This document shows, piece by piece, positions 10,256 through 19,220 of a DNA stretch of 64,000 bases. The position numbers and the translations under genes were made by a program. Source of the stretch: an uncultured Eubacteriales bacterium (GTDB taxonomy: Bacteria > Bacillota > Clostridia > Oscillospirales > CAG-272); the NCBI GenBank assembly GCA_934432675.1, contig CAKRYT010000002.1:162420-226419 (forward strand), written 5' to 3'. Position 1 is the first letter of the stretch; each line of letters begins with the position of its first letter. The notes under the pieces were generated by a model. That model worked only from the letters and a program-made list of their open reading frames with translations, made no database searches and was not told the origin of the DNA.

Positions 10256-12190
10256 ATGGGACGCACGCTCGCACAAAAGATTATTGCAGAACACCTCGTT
10301 TCGGGAGACATGCGCGTCGGGGAGGAGATCGGGATCAGGATCGACCAGACTCTGACGCAGGACGCGACCGGCACCATGGCGTATCTGCAACTGGAAGCCA
10401 TGGGCACGGAGCAGGTGAAGACCGAACTCTCGGTCGCCTATATTGACCATAACACCCTGCAAGCGGGGTTTGAGAACGCCGACGACCACCGTTACATACG
10501 CACCGTGGCGAAACGGCACGGCATCCGTTTTTCCCGCCCGGGGAACGGCATCTGCCATCAGGTGCATCTCGAACGCTTCGGCGTGCCCGGTAAGACGCTC
10601 ATCGGCTCCGACAGCCATACACCCACCGCCGGGGGGCTCTGTATGCTCGGCATGGGTGCCGGGGGGCTGGACGTCGCCGTCGCGATGGGGGGCGGCACCT
10701 ATTATATCACCATGCCGCGTATCATCGGCGTGCAACTGGTCGGGCATCTCCGCCCCTGGGTGAGCGCAAAGGACATCATTTTGGAGGTGCTGCGCCGCCT
10801 CGGCGTAAAGGGCGGGGTGGGGGCCATCCTGGAATACTACGGGGCGGGGGTGGAGACGCTCTCCGTCCCGCGGCGCGCCACCATCACCAACATGGGGGCG
10901 GAACTCGGTGCGACGACCTCGCTCTTTCCCTCCGACGAAAGGACGCGGGAATTCCTCGCTTTGGAGGGGCGCGAGGAAGTCTGGCGCGAAATCCGACCGG
11001 ACGCAGACGCCGTGTACGACGAGACGATCACCGTCGACCTGTCGGCACTCGTCCCCCTCGCCGCCTGCCCGCACAGTCCCGATAACGTCCGCCCGGTGTC
11101 CGAACTCGCGGGCGGCGCGATCGACCAGGTGTGCATCGGCTCCTGCACCAATTCGTCCATGCAGGATATGCTGACGGTCGCCGCGATCCTGCGCGGGCGG
11201 ACGGTGGCACCGAACGTGTCACTTTCCATCTCGCCCGGCTCCAAGCAGGTCTATGCGATGCTGGCGAAGACCGGGGCACTCACCGATCTCATCGAGGCGG
11301 GGGCGCGCATTCTGGAATGCGCCTGCGGCCCGTGTATCGGTATGGGGTTCTCCCCGAATGCGGGGGGGATCAGCCTGCGTACCTTCAACCGCAACTTTGA
11401 GGCGCGCAGCGGGACGAAGGACGCGAAGGTCTATCTCGTCTCGCCGGAGGTGGCGGCGGTCAGTGCCATCCGGGGCGTGTTTACGGACCCGACGACCTTC
11501 GGCGAGGCACCGCAGGTCACGCTCCCCGAGGCCTTTGACCTGAACGACAATATGATCGATCTCCCGGCACCCCCCGAGGAGGCGGCATCGGTAGAGGTCC
11601 TGCGCGGGCCGAACATCAAGCCCATCCCCGTCGGGGTGGCACCTGCCGAAACGCTCACGGCACCGCTCGTTTTGAAGGTCGGGGACAATATCACGACCGA
11701 TCACATCATGCCTGCCGGGGCGAAAATCCTGCCGTATCGCTCCAACGTACCGAAACTGGCGGAATTCTGCTTTACGGTCTGCGACCCCACGTTCCCCGAG
11801 CGCGCCAAACGTGCGGGGGAGGGCATCATCGTCGGCGGTGCGAACTACGGGCAGGGCTCTTCCCGGGAGCACGCCGCCCTCGTCCCGCTCTATCTCGGCA
11901 TACGGGCGGTGATTGCCAAGAGTTTCGCACGCATCCATATGGCAAACCTCATCAATTTCGGTATCGTGCCGCTGACCTTTGCCGACCCTGATGACTATGA
12001 CCGGCTCGGCGAGGGAGATGCGCTCCGCATCGCGGATTTCCGGGGGGCGGTCGGGTCGCGGGACACCGTGATGCTCACGGACGATACCACGGGGAGAGAG
12101 GTGCTTTTGCGACTCGACTTTACCGAAAGACAACGGGAGATCCTCCTCGCCGGGGGACTCCTGCATTACACCAAAGAGAGGGACCGCTGA
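10256..12190 (+). CDS. aconitate hydratase (about 640-aa clostridial type)
   Basis: Aconitase Fe-S ligand blocks are present (IGSDSHT, CIGSCTNSS, CGPCIGMG), with a swivel domain at the C-terminus. Confidence 0.88.
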   Translation: MGRTLAQKIIAEHLVSGDMRVGEEIGIRIDQTLTQDATGTMAYLQLEAMGTEQVKTELSVAYIDHNTLQAGFENADDHRYIRTVAKRHGIRFSRPGNGICHQVHLERFGVPGKTLIGSDSHTPTAGGLCMLGMGAGGLDVAVAMGGGTYYITMPRIIGVQLVGHLRPWVSAKDIILEVLRRLGVKGGVGAILEYYGAGVETLSVPRRATITNMGAELGATTSLFPSDERTREFLALEGREEVWREIRPDADAVYDETITVDLSALVPLAACPHSPDNVRPVSELAGGAIDQVCIGSCTNSSMQDMLTVAAILRGRTVAPNVSLSISPGSKQVYAMLAKTGALTDLIEAGARILECACGPCIGMGFSPNAGGISLRTFNRNFEARSGTKDAKVYLVSPEVAAVSAIRGVFTDPTTFGEAPQVTLPEAFDLNDNMIDLPAPPEEAASVEVLRGPNIKPIPVGVAPAETLTAPLVLKVGDNITTDHIMPAGAKILPYRSNVPKLAEFCFTVCDPTFPERAKRAGEGIIVGGANYGQGSSREHAALVPLYLGIRAVIAKSFARIHMANLINFGIVPLTFADPDDYDRLGEGDALRIADFRGAVGSRDTVMLTDDTTGREVLLRLDFTERQREILLAGGLLHYTKERDR

Positions 12191-12193
12191 CCC

Positions 12194-13360
12194 ATGGATT
12201 ATACGAAAGAACTGGATATTGCCTGTGAGAAATTCCGCCGCGTCATGGAGGGACAACTCCGACGTGTGGAGGATATGAAGGCGCAGGGGGATTTCATCGA
12301 CTACGCGACGCTGGATACGCTCCGTATCGGCGTCTGCGGCGGGGACGGGATCGGCCCCGTCATTACCCACGAGGCGGAGCGGGTCCTCCGCCACATCCTC
12401 TCGGACGAGGTGGCGGCGGGTAAGGTCGCCTTCGTCCCCATCGACGGTCTGACGCTGGAAAACCGGATCGCGGCAGGGAAGGCAATCCCCGACGACGTGA
12501 TGGCGGAACTGATGTCCTGCCACGTTATTCTCAAAGGTCCGACCACCACACCGCAGAAGGGAAGCGGGGTGCCGAACATTGAGAGCGCGAACGTCGCCAT
12601 GCGTAAGGCACTCGACCTGTTCGCGAACATCCGCCCCGTCAAGGTGCCCTCGCAGGGCATCCACTGGACCATTTTCCGCGAGAACACGGAAGGGGGATAC
12701 GCCGTCGGCAGCAGTGGTTTCAACGTGACGGACGACCTCGCCATGGACTTCGTAGTCACGACGCGGCAGGGGTCGGAGCGCATCGCCCGCATCGCATACG
12801 ATTATGCGAGAAGGAACGGATTTACCCGTGTTTCGCTCGTCACGAAAGCAAACATCATCAAGACCACGGACGGTAATTTTCTTGAAGACTGCCACCGCGT
12901 GGCGGCACTCTATCCGGAGATCACCACGGACGAGTGGTACGCCGACATCATGACGGCGAAACTCGTCGACGAGAAACGGCGGCGTGACTTTCAGGTGCTC
13001 CTGCTCCCCAACCTCTACGGCGATATTATCTCGGATGAGGCGGCGGAATTCCAGGGGGGTGTCGGCACGGCGGGCTGTGCCAACATCGGCAAGCGGTACG
13101 CCATGTTCGAGGCCATTCACGGCTCCGCTCCGCGCATGATCACCGAGGGGCGCGGCAAGTATGCCGACCCCTGCTCCATGCTGCGTGCCTGCGTCATGCT
13201 GCTTTCACACATCGGGCGGCAGGCGGCGGCAGACCGGCTCGAACGCGCGCTGGACATCTGCTGTTTCGAGGAGAAACGGCTGACCATCACCGGCAGGGAC
13301 ACGGGCGCGACCTGCGAGGCGTTCGGAGATTACGTGATGGAGACGTTACAGAGGGTATGA
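12194..13360 (+). CDS. icd: isocitrate dehydrogenase (isocitrate/isopropylmalate dehydrogenase family)
   Basis: Contains GDGIGPVIT, ENTEGGY, LLLPNLYGDIISDEAA and GSAP blocks. It is the third gene of the citrate-to-2-oxoglutarate operon. Confidence 0.82.
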   Translation: MDYTKELDIACEKFRRVMEGQLRRVEDMKAQGDFIDYATLDTLRIGVCGGDGIGPVITHEAERVLRHILSDEVAAGKVAFVPIDGLTLENRIAAGKAIPDDVMAELMSCHVILKGPTTTPQKGSGVPNIESANVAMRKALDLFANIRPVKVPSQGIHWTIFRENTEGGYAVGSSGFNVTDDLAMDFVVTTRQGSERIARIAYDYARRNGFTRVSLVTKANIIKTTDGNFLEDCHRVAALYPEITTDEWYADIMTAKLVDEKRRRDFQVLLLPNLYGDIISDEAAEFQGGVGTAGCANIGKRYAMFEAIHGSAPRMITEGRGKYADPCSMLRACVMLLSHIGRQAAADRLERALDICCFEEKRLTITGRDTGATCEAFGDYVMETLQRV

Positions 13361-13439
13361 CGACACCGGAGGCCCGGAACATCCCGCAGGAGGGGGAGGG
13401 CACACCGGAGGGAAATATACGGAATACAGATAAAAACAC

Positions 13440-13471
13440 GGGGCGGAGCCGCAAAAATGCGGCTCCGCCCC
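13440..13471 (-). terminator. 13-bp GC hairpin shared by convergent icd and aroK; the U-tract is only on the minus strand
   Basis: GGGGCGGAGCCGC-aaaaat-GCGGCTCCGCCCC. The minus-strand read-out continues GTGTTTTTATC; the plus strand continues GTTGACTG with no T-run. Confidence 0.7.
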
Positions 13472-13484
13472 GTTGACTGCATGG

Positions 13485-13637
13485 GGGAGGATCAGACGAG
13501 TACACGAGGGGCGTGCGGAAAACGGGAGCAGAAGAGGAAACGGGAGAGAAAAGCGGGGGAGAGCGAAGGAGAGGACAGAGAAAAGTGCGGGGATGGAAAC
13601 GGAAAAGAAAACGGAGAAAAAAACGGAGAAGGGGGTC
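13485..13637. repeat. polypurine/polypyrimidine tract with reiterated AAACGG(G)AGA units
   Basis: The plus strand is almost entirely G/A over ~150 nt (…GAAAACGGGAGCAGAAGAGGAAACGGGAGAGAAAAGCGGGGGAGAGCGAAGGAGAGG…AAAACGGAGAAAAAAACGGAGAAGGGGG). It lies between the aroK stop and its terminator. Confidence 0.8.
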
Positions 13638-13646
13638 ACGCTCCCG

Positions 13647-14144
13647 TCAGGTGTCGAGTGCCGCGAGCATGGCGCGGAGTGCGCCGGCGGTGTCGAGGCC
13701 CGAGAGGTCGGCGGTCACGTCTGCCCACCTCTCGTAGAGGCGGGTACGCTCACGGTAGAGAGCGGCGAGGTCGGGACAGCCGCGGAGGACGACGCCGCGG
13801 TGATGCAGGTCACCGACCCGCGCCGTGACCTCCGCCTCACTGATTTTGAGATACAGGACGGTGCCGAGGTCTTTGAGGTGCCGCATCCCCGCCTCGGAAT
13901 AGACGGCACTGCCCCCCGTGGCAATCACGGTGTTCCGTGCCGTGAGTGCGGACAGAAGTGCCCCCTCGCGGGCAAGAAACGCATCCTCTCCCTCGCGCCC
14001 GATGAGGGTTTCGAGGCTCGCGCCCCCCTCTTTCTGCAAAAGGAGATCGGTGTCAAGGAAGTCCATGACACGCGTTTTTGCGAGGAGCACGCCGACCGTG
14101 CTCTTGCCCGCCGCGGGCATACCGATGAGAATGACGTTGTTCAC
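13647..14144 (-). CDS. aroK: shikimate kinase
   Basis: 165 aa. Contains the P-loop GMPAAGKST, DTD(LL) and an IATGGSAV block. The start codon is GTG. Confidence 0.88.
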   Translation of the reverse strand: MNNVILIGMPAAGKSTVGVLLAKTRVMDFLDTDLLLQKEGGASLETLIGREGEDAFLAREGALLSALTARNTVIATGGSAVYSEAGMRHLKDLGTVLYLKISEAEVTARVGDLHHRGVVLRGCPDLAALYRERTRLYERWADVTADLSGLDTAGALRAMLAALDT

Positions 14145-14338
14145 GGCAGTTTCGTCGGCACACCCGGTGCCGACATCCTCCTCTCCCGAAAAAACTTTTG
14201 ATCATTTCGCGCAAAATCGAAGTTTTCATCATCATACTATAAAACGGCGTCCGTGTAAAGGGCGCATTTTCTTTTGCATAAAAAAAGCCTCTTTTCCGCA
14301 AGATAATATCATCATTACAACGGAAGGCACGGAGAACT

Positions 14339-15361
14339 ATGAAACGCGATTTTATCGATACCAACGACTTTACCAAAGAAGAGATTCTCGACATTGCGGA
14401 ACTTTCGCTCGCCATCAAGCGGTCGATCCGCGCGGGATATTACCCGCAGTTTATGAAGGACATGACGCTGGCAATGATCTTCCAGCAGTCCTCGACGCGC
14501 ACGCGGGTCTCCTTTGAGACAGCGATGAGCCAGATGGGCGGACACGCGCAGTACCTCGGCCCCGGCATGATCCAGCTCGGTGGGCACGAGACCATCGGCG
14601 ATACGGGCAGGGTGCTCTCCTACCTCGTGGACATCGTCATGGCGCGCGTGATCGAGCACAAGACGGTGGTGGAACTCGCCGAGGCTTGCTCGGTCCCCGT
14701 CCTCAACGGTATGTCGGACTATAATCACCCGACGCAGGAGATCGGGGACCTCTGCACCATCCTCGAAAATCTGCCGCGCGGCAAGCGTCTCGAAGAATGC
14801 AAGGTGGTGTTCGTCGGCGACGGCACGCAGGTGTGCGCCTCCCTCGGTTTCCTCACGACCAAACTCGGGATGCATTTCGTCCAGTACGGGCCGCGCGGGC
14901 ACCAGCTCGGTGAGGAGCACAAAAAAATCATGACGGAGAACTGCCGCGTCTCGGGCGGTACCTTTGAGGTAACGGACAGCCGCGAGAGCGTCCGCGACGC
15001 AGACTTCATCTATACCGACGTATGGTACGGACTGTACGAGAACGAAATGCCGAAGGACGAGCGCGTGCGCGTATTCCGCGACTACCAGGTCAACCGCGAA
15101 CTCATGGAACTCGGCAATATCGGGTGCAAGTTCATGCACTGCCTGCCCGCGACCCGCGGGGAGGACGTCACGGACGAGGTGCTGGACTCCGACGCCTCGC
15201 TCTGCTGGGAGGAGGCGGGCAACCGCCTGACGGCGATGCGCGGACTGCTCGTCTACCTGACGCACGACAGAAAGAAACCGAGCGGGGTCGTCCTCGCCGC
15301 CGCCAAGGAAGAACTCGACCGCTTTATGGAAGAGCGCATCGACAAGAAGAAAAACTGCTGA
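14339..15361 (+). CDS. ptcA: putrescine carbamoyltransferase
   Basis: Contains [13 protein letters not shown] and HCLP carbamoyltransferase motifs. The N-terminus (MKRD..T..FTKEE...LSL.IK..I..GYYPQ) closely resembles my recollection of the enterococcal PTCase. It is linked to aguD, aguA and arcC. Confidence 0.8.
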   Translation: MKRDFIDTNDFTKEEILDIAELSLAIKRSIRAGYYPQFMKDMTLAMIFQQSSTRTRVSFETAMSQMGGHAQYLGPGMIQLGGHETIGDTGRVLSYLVDIVMARVIEHKTVVELAEACSVPVLNGMSDYNHPTQEIGDLCTILENLPRGKRLEECKVVFVGDGTQVCASLGFLTTKLGMHFVQYGPRGHQLGEEHKKIMTENCRVSGGTFEVTDSRESVRDADFIYTDVWYGLYENEMPKDERVRVFRDYQVNRELMELGNIGCKFMHCLPATRGEDVTDEVLDSDASLCWEEAGNRLTAMRGLLVYLTHDRKKPSGVVLAAAKEELDRFMEERIDKKKNC

Positions 15362-15412
15362 TAAAAACGGGGAGGAGCCGAAAAAACAGGCTCCTCCCGG
15401 AGGAAACGGACG

Positions 15413-16807
15413 ATGGAAAACAAAACGAAAAAGTTTCATCTCACGTCGGTGATCCTTTCGGTCATCTGCGTGGTCTTTGTGGTGGAGGCGGCGGCTCCCG
15501 TCGCATCCATCGGGAACAGTCAATACTTCTGGTGGCTCTTCATGATGCTGCTGTTCCTCCTGCCGTACGGCATGATCGCGGCAGAACTCGGCACCACCTA
15601 CGTCGGGGATGGCGGACTCTACGACTGGGTCAACACGGCGTACCCCGACACCAAATGGGGCGCACGCGTCGCGTGGTATTACTGGATCAATTTCCCGCTC
15701 TGGATGGCGTCGCTCGCCGTCATCTGCCCGAGTCTCCTCGGCACCATGTTCGGTTGGAGCCCGAACCCCTTCGTGTCCCTGCTCATTGAACTCGCATTCA
15801 TCTGGATCGTGACGCTCATCGCGTTCTACCCGGTGTGCGACAGCATCTGGATCCTCAACATCAGTGCCGCCGTCAAGGTGGTGCTCGCGCTCGCGGTCGG
15901 GGTGCTCGGTGTGTGGTACGTCGCCCGGAACGGCTTTGCGAACGCCGGCGGCTTTACCACCTATCTGCCCTCCTTCCGCCCCGAGAGCCTCTCCTATATT
16001 TCGGTCATTATTTTTAACTTCCTCGGCTTTGAGGTGGTGTGCACCTATGCCGACAATATGACCAGCCCGAAACGGCAGATCCCGCTCGCCATCGTCACCG
16101 GGGGGATCGCGATCGCCGTGATTTATCTCTTTTCCGCATTCGGGATCGGCGCGGCGGTGCCGACCGATAAGATCAACACGGACACCGGGCTTATCGACGC
16201 CGTTTCGCTCATTACGGGGCGCACGGGCGGGTTCCTCGTCGGCCTCGTGGCATTCCTGTTCCTCGTCACGCTGTTCGGCAACATGATCTCCTGGTCGATG
16301 GGGGTCAATTCCACTGCCGCCTACGCCGCCGACCGCGGCGATATGCCGCGCGTGTTTTCCATGCGCCGCGAGAAAAACGGGATGCCGATCGGTGCCGCCC
16401 TGACCTCGGGGGTCGTGGCGAGCGTCGTGTGTCTCGCGGGGATGGTGATGGAGTACCTCGCGCCAGAGTCTTCTCTGTTTTGGAGTTTCTTCGCGCTCAA
16501 CCTCGTGATGCTGCTCCTGTCGTATATCCCGGTATTCCCCGCGTTCCTGCGTCTGCGGAAGGACGATCCCGCGCGCGAACGTCCTTTCCGTGTCCCGGGC
16601 GGGGAAAAGACGGCGGCGTGGATCGCCTACGTGCCGATGGTGCTGACCATCCTCTCGGTGTTCTTCACCGCCATCCCGCTTTCCTTTGACAGGGACACGC
16701 TCACCTCCTATCTCCCCATCACCGTCGGATCGATACTGGCTGTCGTCATCGGTGAAATCCTCATCCGGCTCCGTGCCGGCCGTGCGTCCGCCCGAGAGAC
16801 GGACTGA
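15413..16807 (+). CDS. aguD: agmatine/putrescine antiporter (APC family)
   Basis: 464-aa protein with about 12 TM segments and APC-type permease character. It lies between the PTCase and agmatine deiminase genes. Confidence 0.75.
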   Translation: MENKTKKFHLTSVILSVICVVFVVEAAAPVASIGNSQYFWWLFMMLLFLLPYGMIAAELGTTYVGDGGLYDWVNTAYPDTKWGARVAWYYWINFPLWMASLAVICPSLLGTMFGWSPNPFVSLLIELAFIWIVTLIAFYPVCDSIWILNISAAVKVVLALAVGVLGVWYVARNGFANAGGFTTYLPSFRPESLSYISVIIFNFLGFEVVCTYADNMTSPKRQIPLAIVTGGIAIAVIYLFSAFGIGAAVPTDKINTDTGLIDAVSLITGRTGGFLVGLVAFLFLVTLFGNMISWSMGVNSTAAYAADRGDMPRVFSMRREKNGMPIGAALTSGVVASVVCLAGMVMEYLAPESSLFWSFFALNLVMLLLSYIPVFPAFLRLRKDDPARERPFRVPGGEKTAAWIAYVPMVLTILSVFFTAIPLSFDRDTLTSYLPITVGSILAVVIGEILIRLRAGRASARETD

Positions 16808-16820
16808 AAGGACAGAAGAC

Positions 16821-17930
16821 ATGGCAAAACGAATTCTCGGGTCTACCCCGAAAGAAGACGGCTACCATATGCCGGCAGAATACGAAAAACAGTCGGGGGT
16901 CTGGATGCTCTGGCCCGAACGCCCCGACAACTGGCGACAGGGTGCCAAGCCCGCACAGGAGGCGTTCACCAACGTGGCGCGCGCCATCCTGCCCTTTGAA
17001 AAGGTGACCGTGGGCGTATCGCCCGCACAGTACCAGAATGCCCGCGCCAAACTCCCGCCCGAGGTGCGCGTCGTGGAGATCCGGAGCGACGATGCATGGG
17101 TGCGCGACTGCGGCCCGACCTTCCTCGTCTCCGATAAGGGCGGGCTCCGCGCCGTGGACTGGGGTTTCAACGCCTGGGGCGGGCTGTATGACGGGCTGTA
17201 TTTCCCCTGGGCATACGACGACCAGGTGGCGCGCAAGATCTGCGAGATTGAAGGGGTGGACTCCTACCGCACCGAAGACTTCATCCTGGAAGGCGGCTCC
17301 ATCCACGTCGACGGGGAGGGCACCGTCATGACGACCGAGATGTGCCTGCTCTCTCCCGGGCGCAACCCCTCGATGAAAAAACGCGACATTGAAAAGAAAC
17401 TGCTCGATTACCTCGGGTGCGAGAAGGTGATCTGGTTGAAGGACGGGATCGACCCCGACGAGACCAACGGGCACATCGACGACGTGGCGTGCTTTGTGCG
17501 CCCGGGCGAGGTCGCGTGCATCTGGACGGAGGACAAGGAAAATCCGTTCTATGAGGCGGCGCAGGCGGCATACCGCACGCTCTCGGAGGCAACGGATGCC
17601 AAGGGGCGGCGGCTCAAAGTCCACAAGCTCTGCCTGACGAAACACCCGTGCCTTTTGGAGGGGGCGGAGACCATCGATTACGCCGAGGGGAGCATCCCGC
17701 GCAAAAACGGCGAGGTGAGCATCGCGTCCTATATGAACTTCCTCATCGTCAACGGGGCAATCATCCTGCCGCAGTACGGCGATGAAAACGACGCGCTCGC
17801 TTGCGAGCAGGTACAGACCATGTTCCCGGAGCGGAAAGTGGTCGGCGTCATGACGCGCGAGGTCGCCTTCGGCGGGGGGAACATCCACTGCATCACGCAG
17901 CAGGTCCCCGACCCCAGAGGAGGACAGTAA
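16821..17930 (+). CDS. aguA: agmatine deiminase
   Basis: Contains MPAEYEKQSGVWMLWPERPDNWR, a ..GGSIHVDGEGT.. block and C-terminal GGGNIHCITQQ (catalytic Cys). I chose the ATG at 16821 (AAAGGACAGAAG RBS) rather than the track start at 16686. Confidence 0.9.
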   Translation: MAKRILGSTPKEDGYHMPAEYEKQSGVWMLWPERPDNWRQGAKPAQEAFTNVARAILPFEKVTVGVSPAQYQNARAKLPPEVRVVEIRSDDAWVRDCGPTFLVSDKGGLRAVDWGFNAWGGLYDGLYFPWAYDDQVARKICEIEGVDSYRTEDFILEGGSIHVDGEGTVMTTEMCLLSPGRNPSMKKRDIEKKLLDYLGCEKVIWLKDGIDPDETNGHIDDVACFVRPGEVACIWTEDKENPFYEAAQAAYRTLSEATDAKGRRLKVHKLCLTKHPCLLEGAETIDYAEGSIPRKNGEVSIASYMNFLIVNGAIILPQYGDENDALACEQVQTMFPERKVVGVMTREVAFGGGNIHCITQQVPDPRGGQ

Positions 17931-17931
17931 G

Positions 17932-18873
17932 ATGGCACGGATCGTCGTTGCACTCGGGGGGAACGCACTCGGGAACGACCCCCGCGAGCAGGAGGAGCGC
18001 GTCGGGGTCGCGGCAGCGTCCCTTGTGAGTCTGATTGAGGAGGGGAACGAGATCGTCGTCAGCCACGGCAACGGTCCGCAGGTCGGCATGATCCGGCTCG
18101 CCTTTGACCGTGCGGGCGAAGACGGCAAGGGCGGTATCCCGAAAATGCCGCTCGGAATCTGCACCGCGATGAGCCAGGGGTATATCGGCTACCAGCTCGA
18201 AGCCGGCATCAAACAGGCCCTCGCGGAGCGGCGGCTGCCGTGGCAGGTGGCGACGGTGCTGACGCAGGTGACGGTGGCGGCGGACGACCCCGCCTTCGGT
18301 CATCCCACCAAGCCGATCGGCGCATTCTATGACAAAGAGAGCGCGGGGCGGATGATGCGCGAGACGCCGGGGCTGATCATGCGTGAGGACGCGGGTCGCG
18401 GCTGGCGGCAGGTGGTGCCGTCCCCGAAACCGCAGGAAATCATTGAGGATCAGGCCATCCGGGCACTGCTCGAACGGGAGTTCGTCGTCATCGCCTGCGG
18501 CGGCGGGGGCATCCCCGTCACGCGCGGGGCAGACGGCACCCTCACCGGGGTGGAGGCGGTTATCGACAAGGACTTCGCCTCGGCGAAACTCGCCGAGGTG
18601 GTGGGGGCCGACTGCCTGCTTATCCTCACGGCAGTGGAGCACGTCTGCATCGGGTTCGGCAGAGCCGACGAGCAGGAGCTCGCCCACATGACGGTGGCGG
18701 AGGCAAAGGCGCACATCGCGGCGGGAGAGTTCGCCGCGGGCTCCATGCTCCCGAAGGTGGAGGCGGCGGTCGCCTTCGCCCGCGGCGGCAACGGCCGCCG
18801 CGCCGTCATCGGCTCCCTCGACCATGCGCTCGATGCCGTCCGCGGCAAGAGCGGCACGACGGTCACGCTTTAA
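17932..18873 (+). CDS. arcC: carbamate kinase
   Basis: MARIVVALGGNAL..., SHGNGPQVG and a ..GGGGIPV.. block; 313 aa; last gene of the agmatine operon. Confidence 0.92.
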   Translation: MARIVVALGGNALGNDPREQEERVGVAAASLVSLIEEGNEIVVSHGNGPQVGMIRLAFDRAGEDGKGGIPKMPLGICTAMSQGYIGYQLEAGIKQALAERRLPWQVATVLTQVTVAADDPAFGHPTKPIGAFYDKESAGRMMRETPGLIMREDAGRGWRQVVPSPKPQEIIEDQAIRALLEREFVVIACGGGGIPVTRGADGTLTGVEAVIDKDFASAKLAEVVGADCLLILTAVEHVCIGFGRADEQELAHMTVAEAKAHIAAGEFAAGSMLPKVEAAVAFARGGNGRRAVIGSLDHALDAVRGKSGTTVTL

Positions 18874-18886
18874 GAAAATATGTCAG

Positions 18887-18917
18887 CGGGTCGGTGATTT
18901 AGCCGACCCGTTATTTG
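18887..18917 (+). terminator. intrinsic terminator after arcC
   Basis: CGGGTCGG-tgatttag-CCGACCCG followed by TTATTTG. Confidence 0.7.
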
Positions 18918-19220
18918 CTGCATTTTACTCGTTTTATGACGCCTTTTCGGCCCAATGCAAAAAGTTTACATCCTGACGGTTGAATTGAACATATAAACTA
19001 TATGAAAATATAAAATAAACGAATAAACGCGCAGGGTGTCGGAGCCTGTCGGATCCGGCACAACGGGCGCACGGCAGGGCAGAGCCGCCGCCGCGGCCAC
19101 CCGTCCGTAAAGCCCCGCGGAAACGGGCGACACGGATGAAAGCAACAGGCAGGCGGGAAGGGTGTCCGGGGAGGCACCCGCACGGATGAGCCCCATACAA
19201 ACAGACGTTGGAGGAAGACC

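Noticed and set aside
11219-13120. 633-aa minus-strand ORF
   Set aside because: It is antisense to aconitase and isocitrate dehydrogenase. The translation is low-complexity and Arg/Asp/Gly-rich, and there is no RBS.
13457-13828. 123-aa highly charged (K/E/R/G) ORF through the polypurine tract
   Set aside because: The composition is an automatic consequence of translating a G/A tract. The ORF continues antisense into aroK and has no RBS.
14315-16822. 835-aa minus-strand ORF
   Set aside because: It is antisense to ptcA and aguD. The composition is extremely charged (R/E/D/H/G) with no recognisable domain, so it is a shadow ORF.
19060-19140. Confident call of a c-di-GMP-I (GEMM-I) riboswitch
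   Set aside because: Only loose similarity to two core blocks is present. The first hairpin loop is CGCC rather than GNRA, and I could not build the closing P1 helix, so the region is reported only as an unclassified structured leader.
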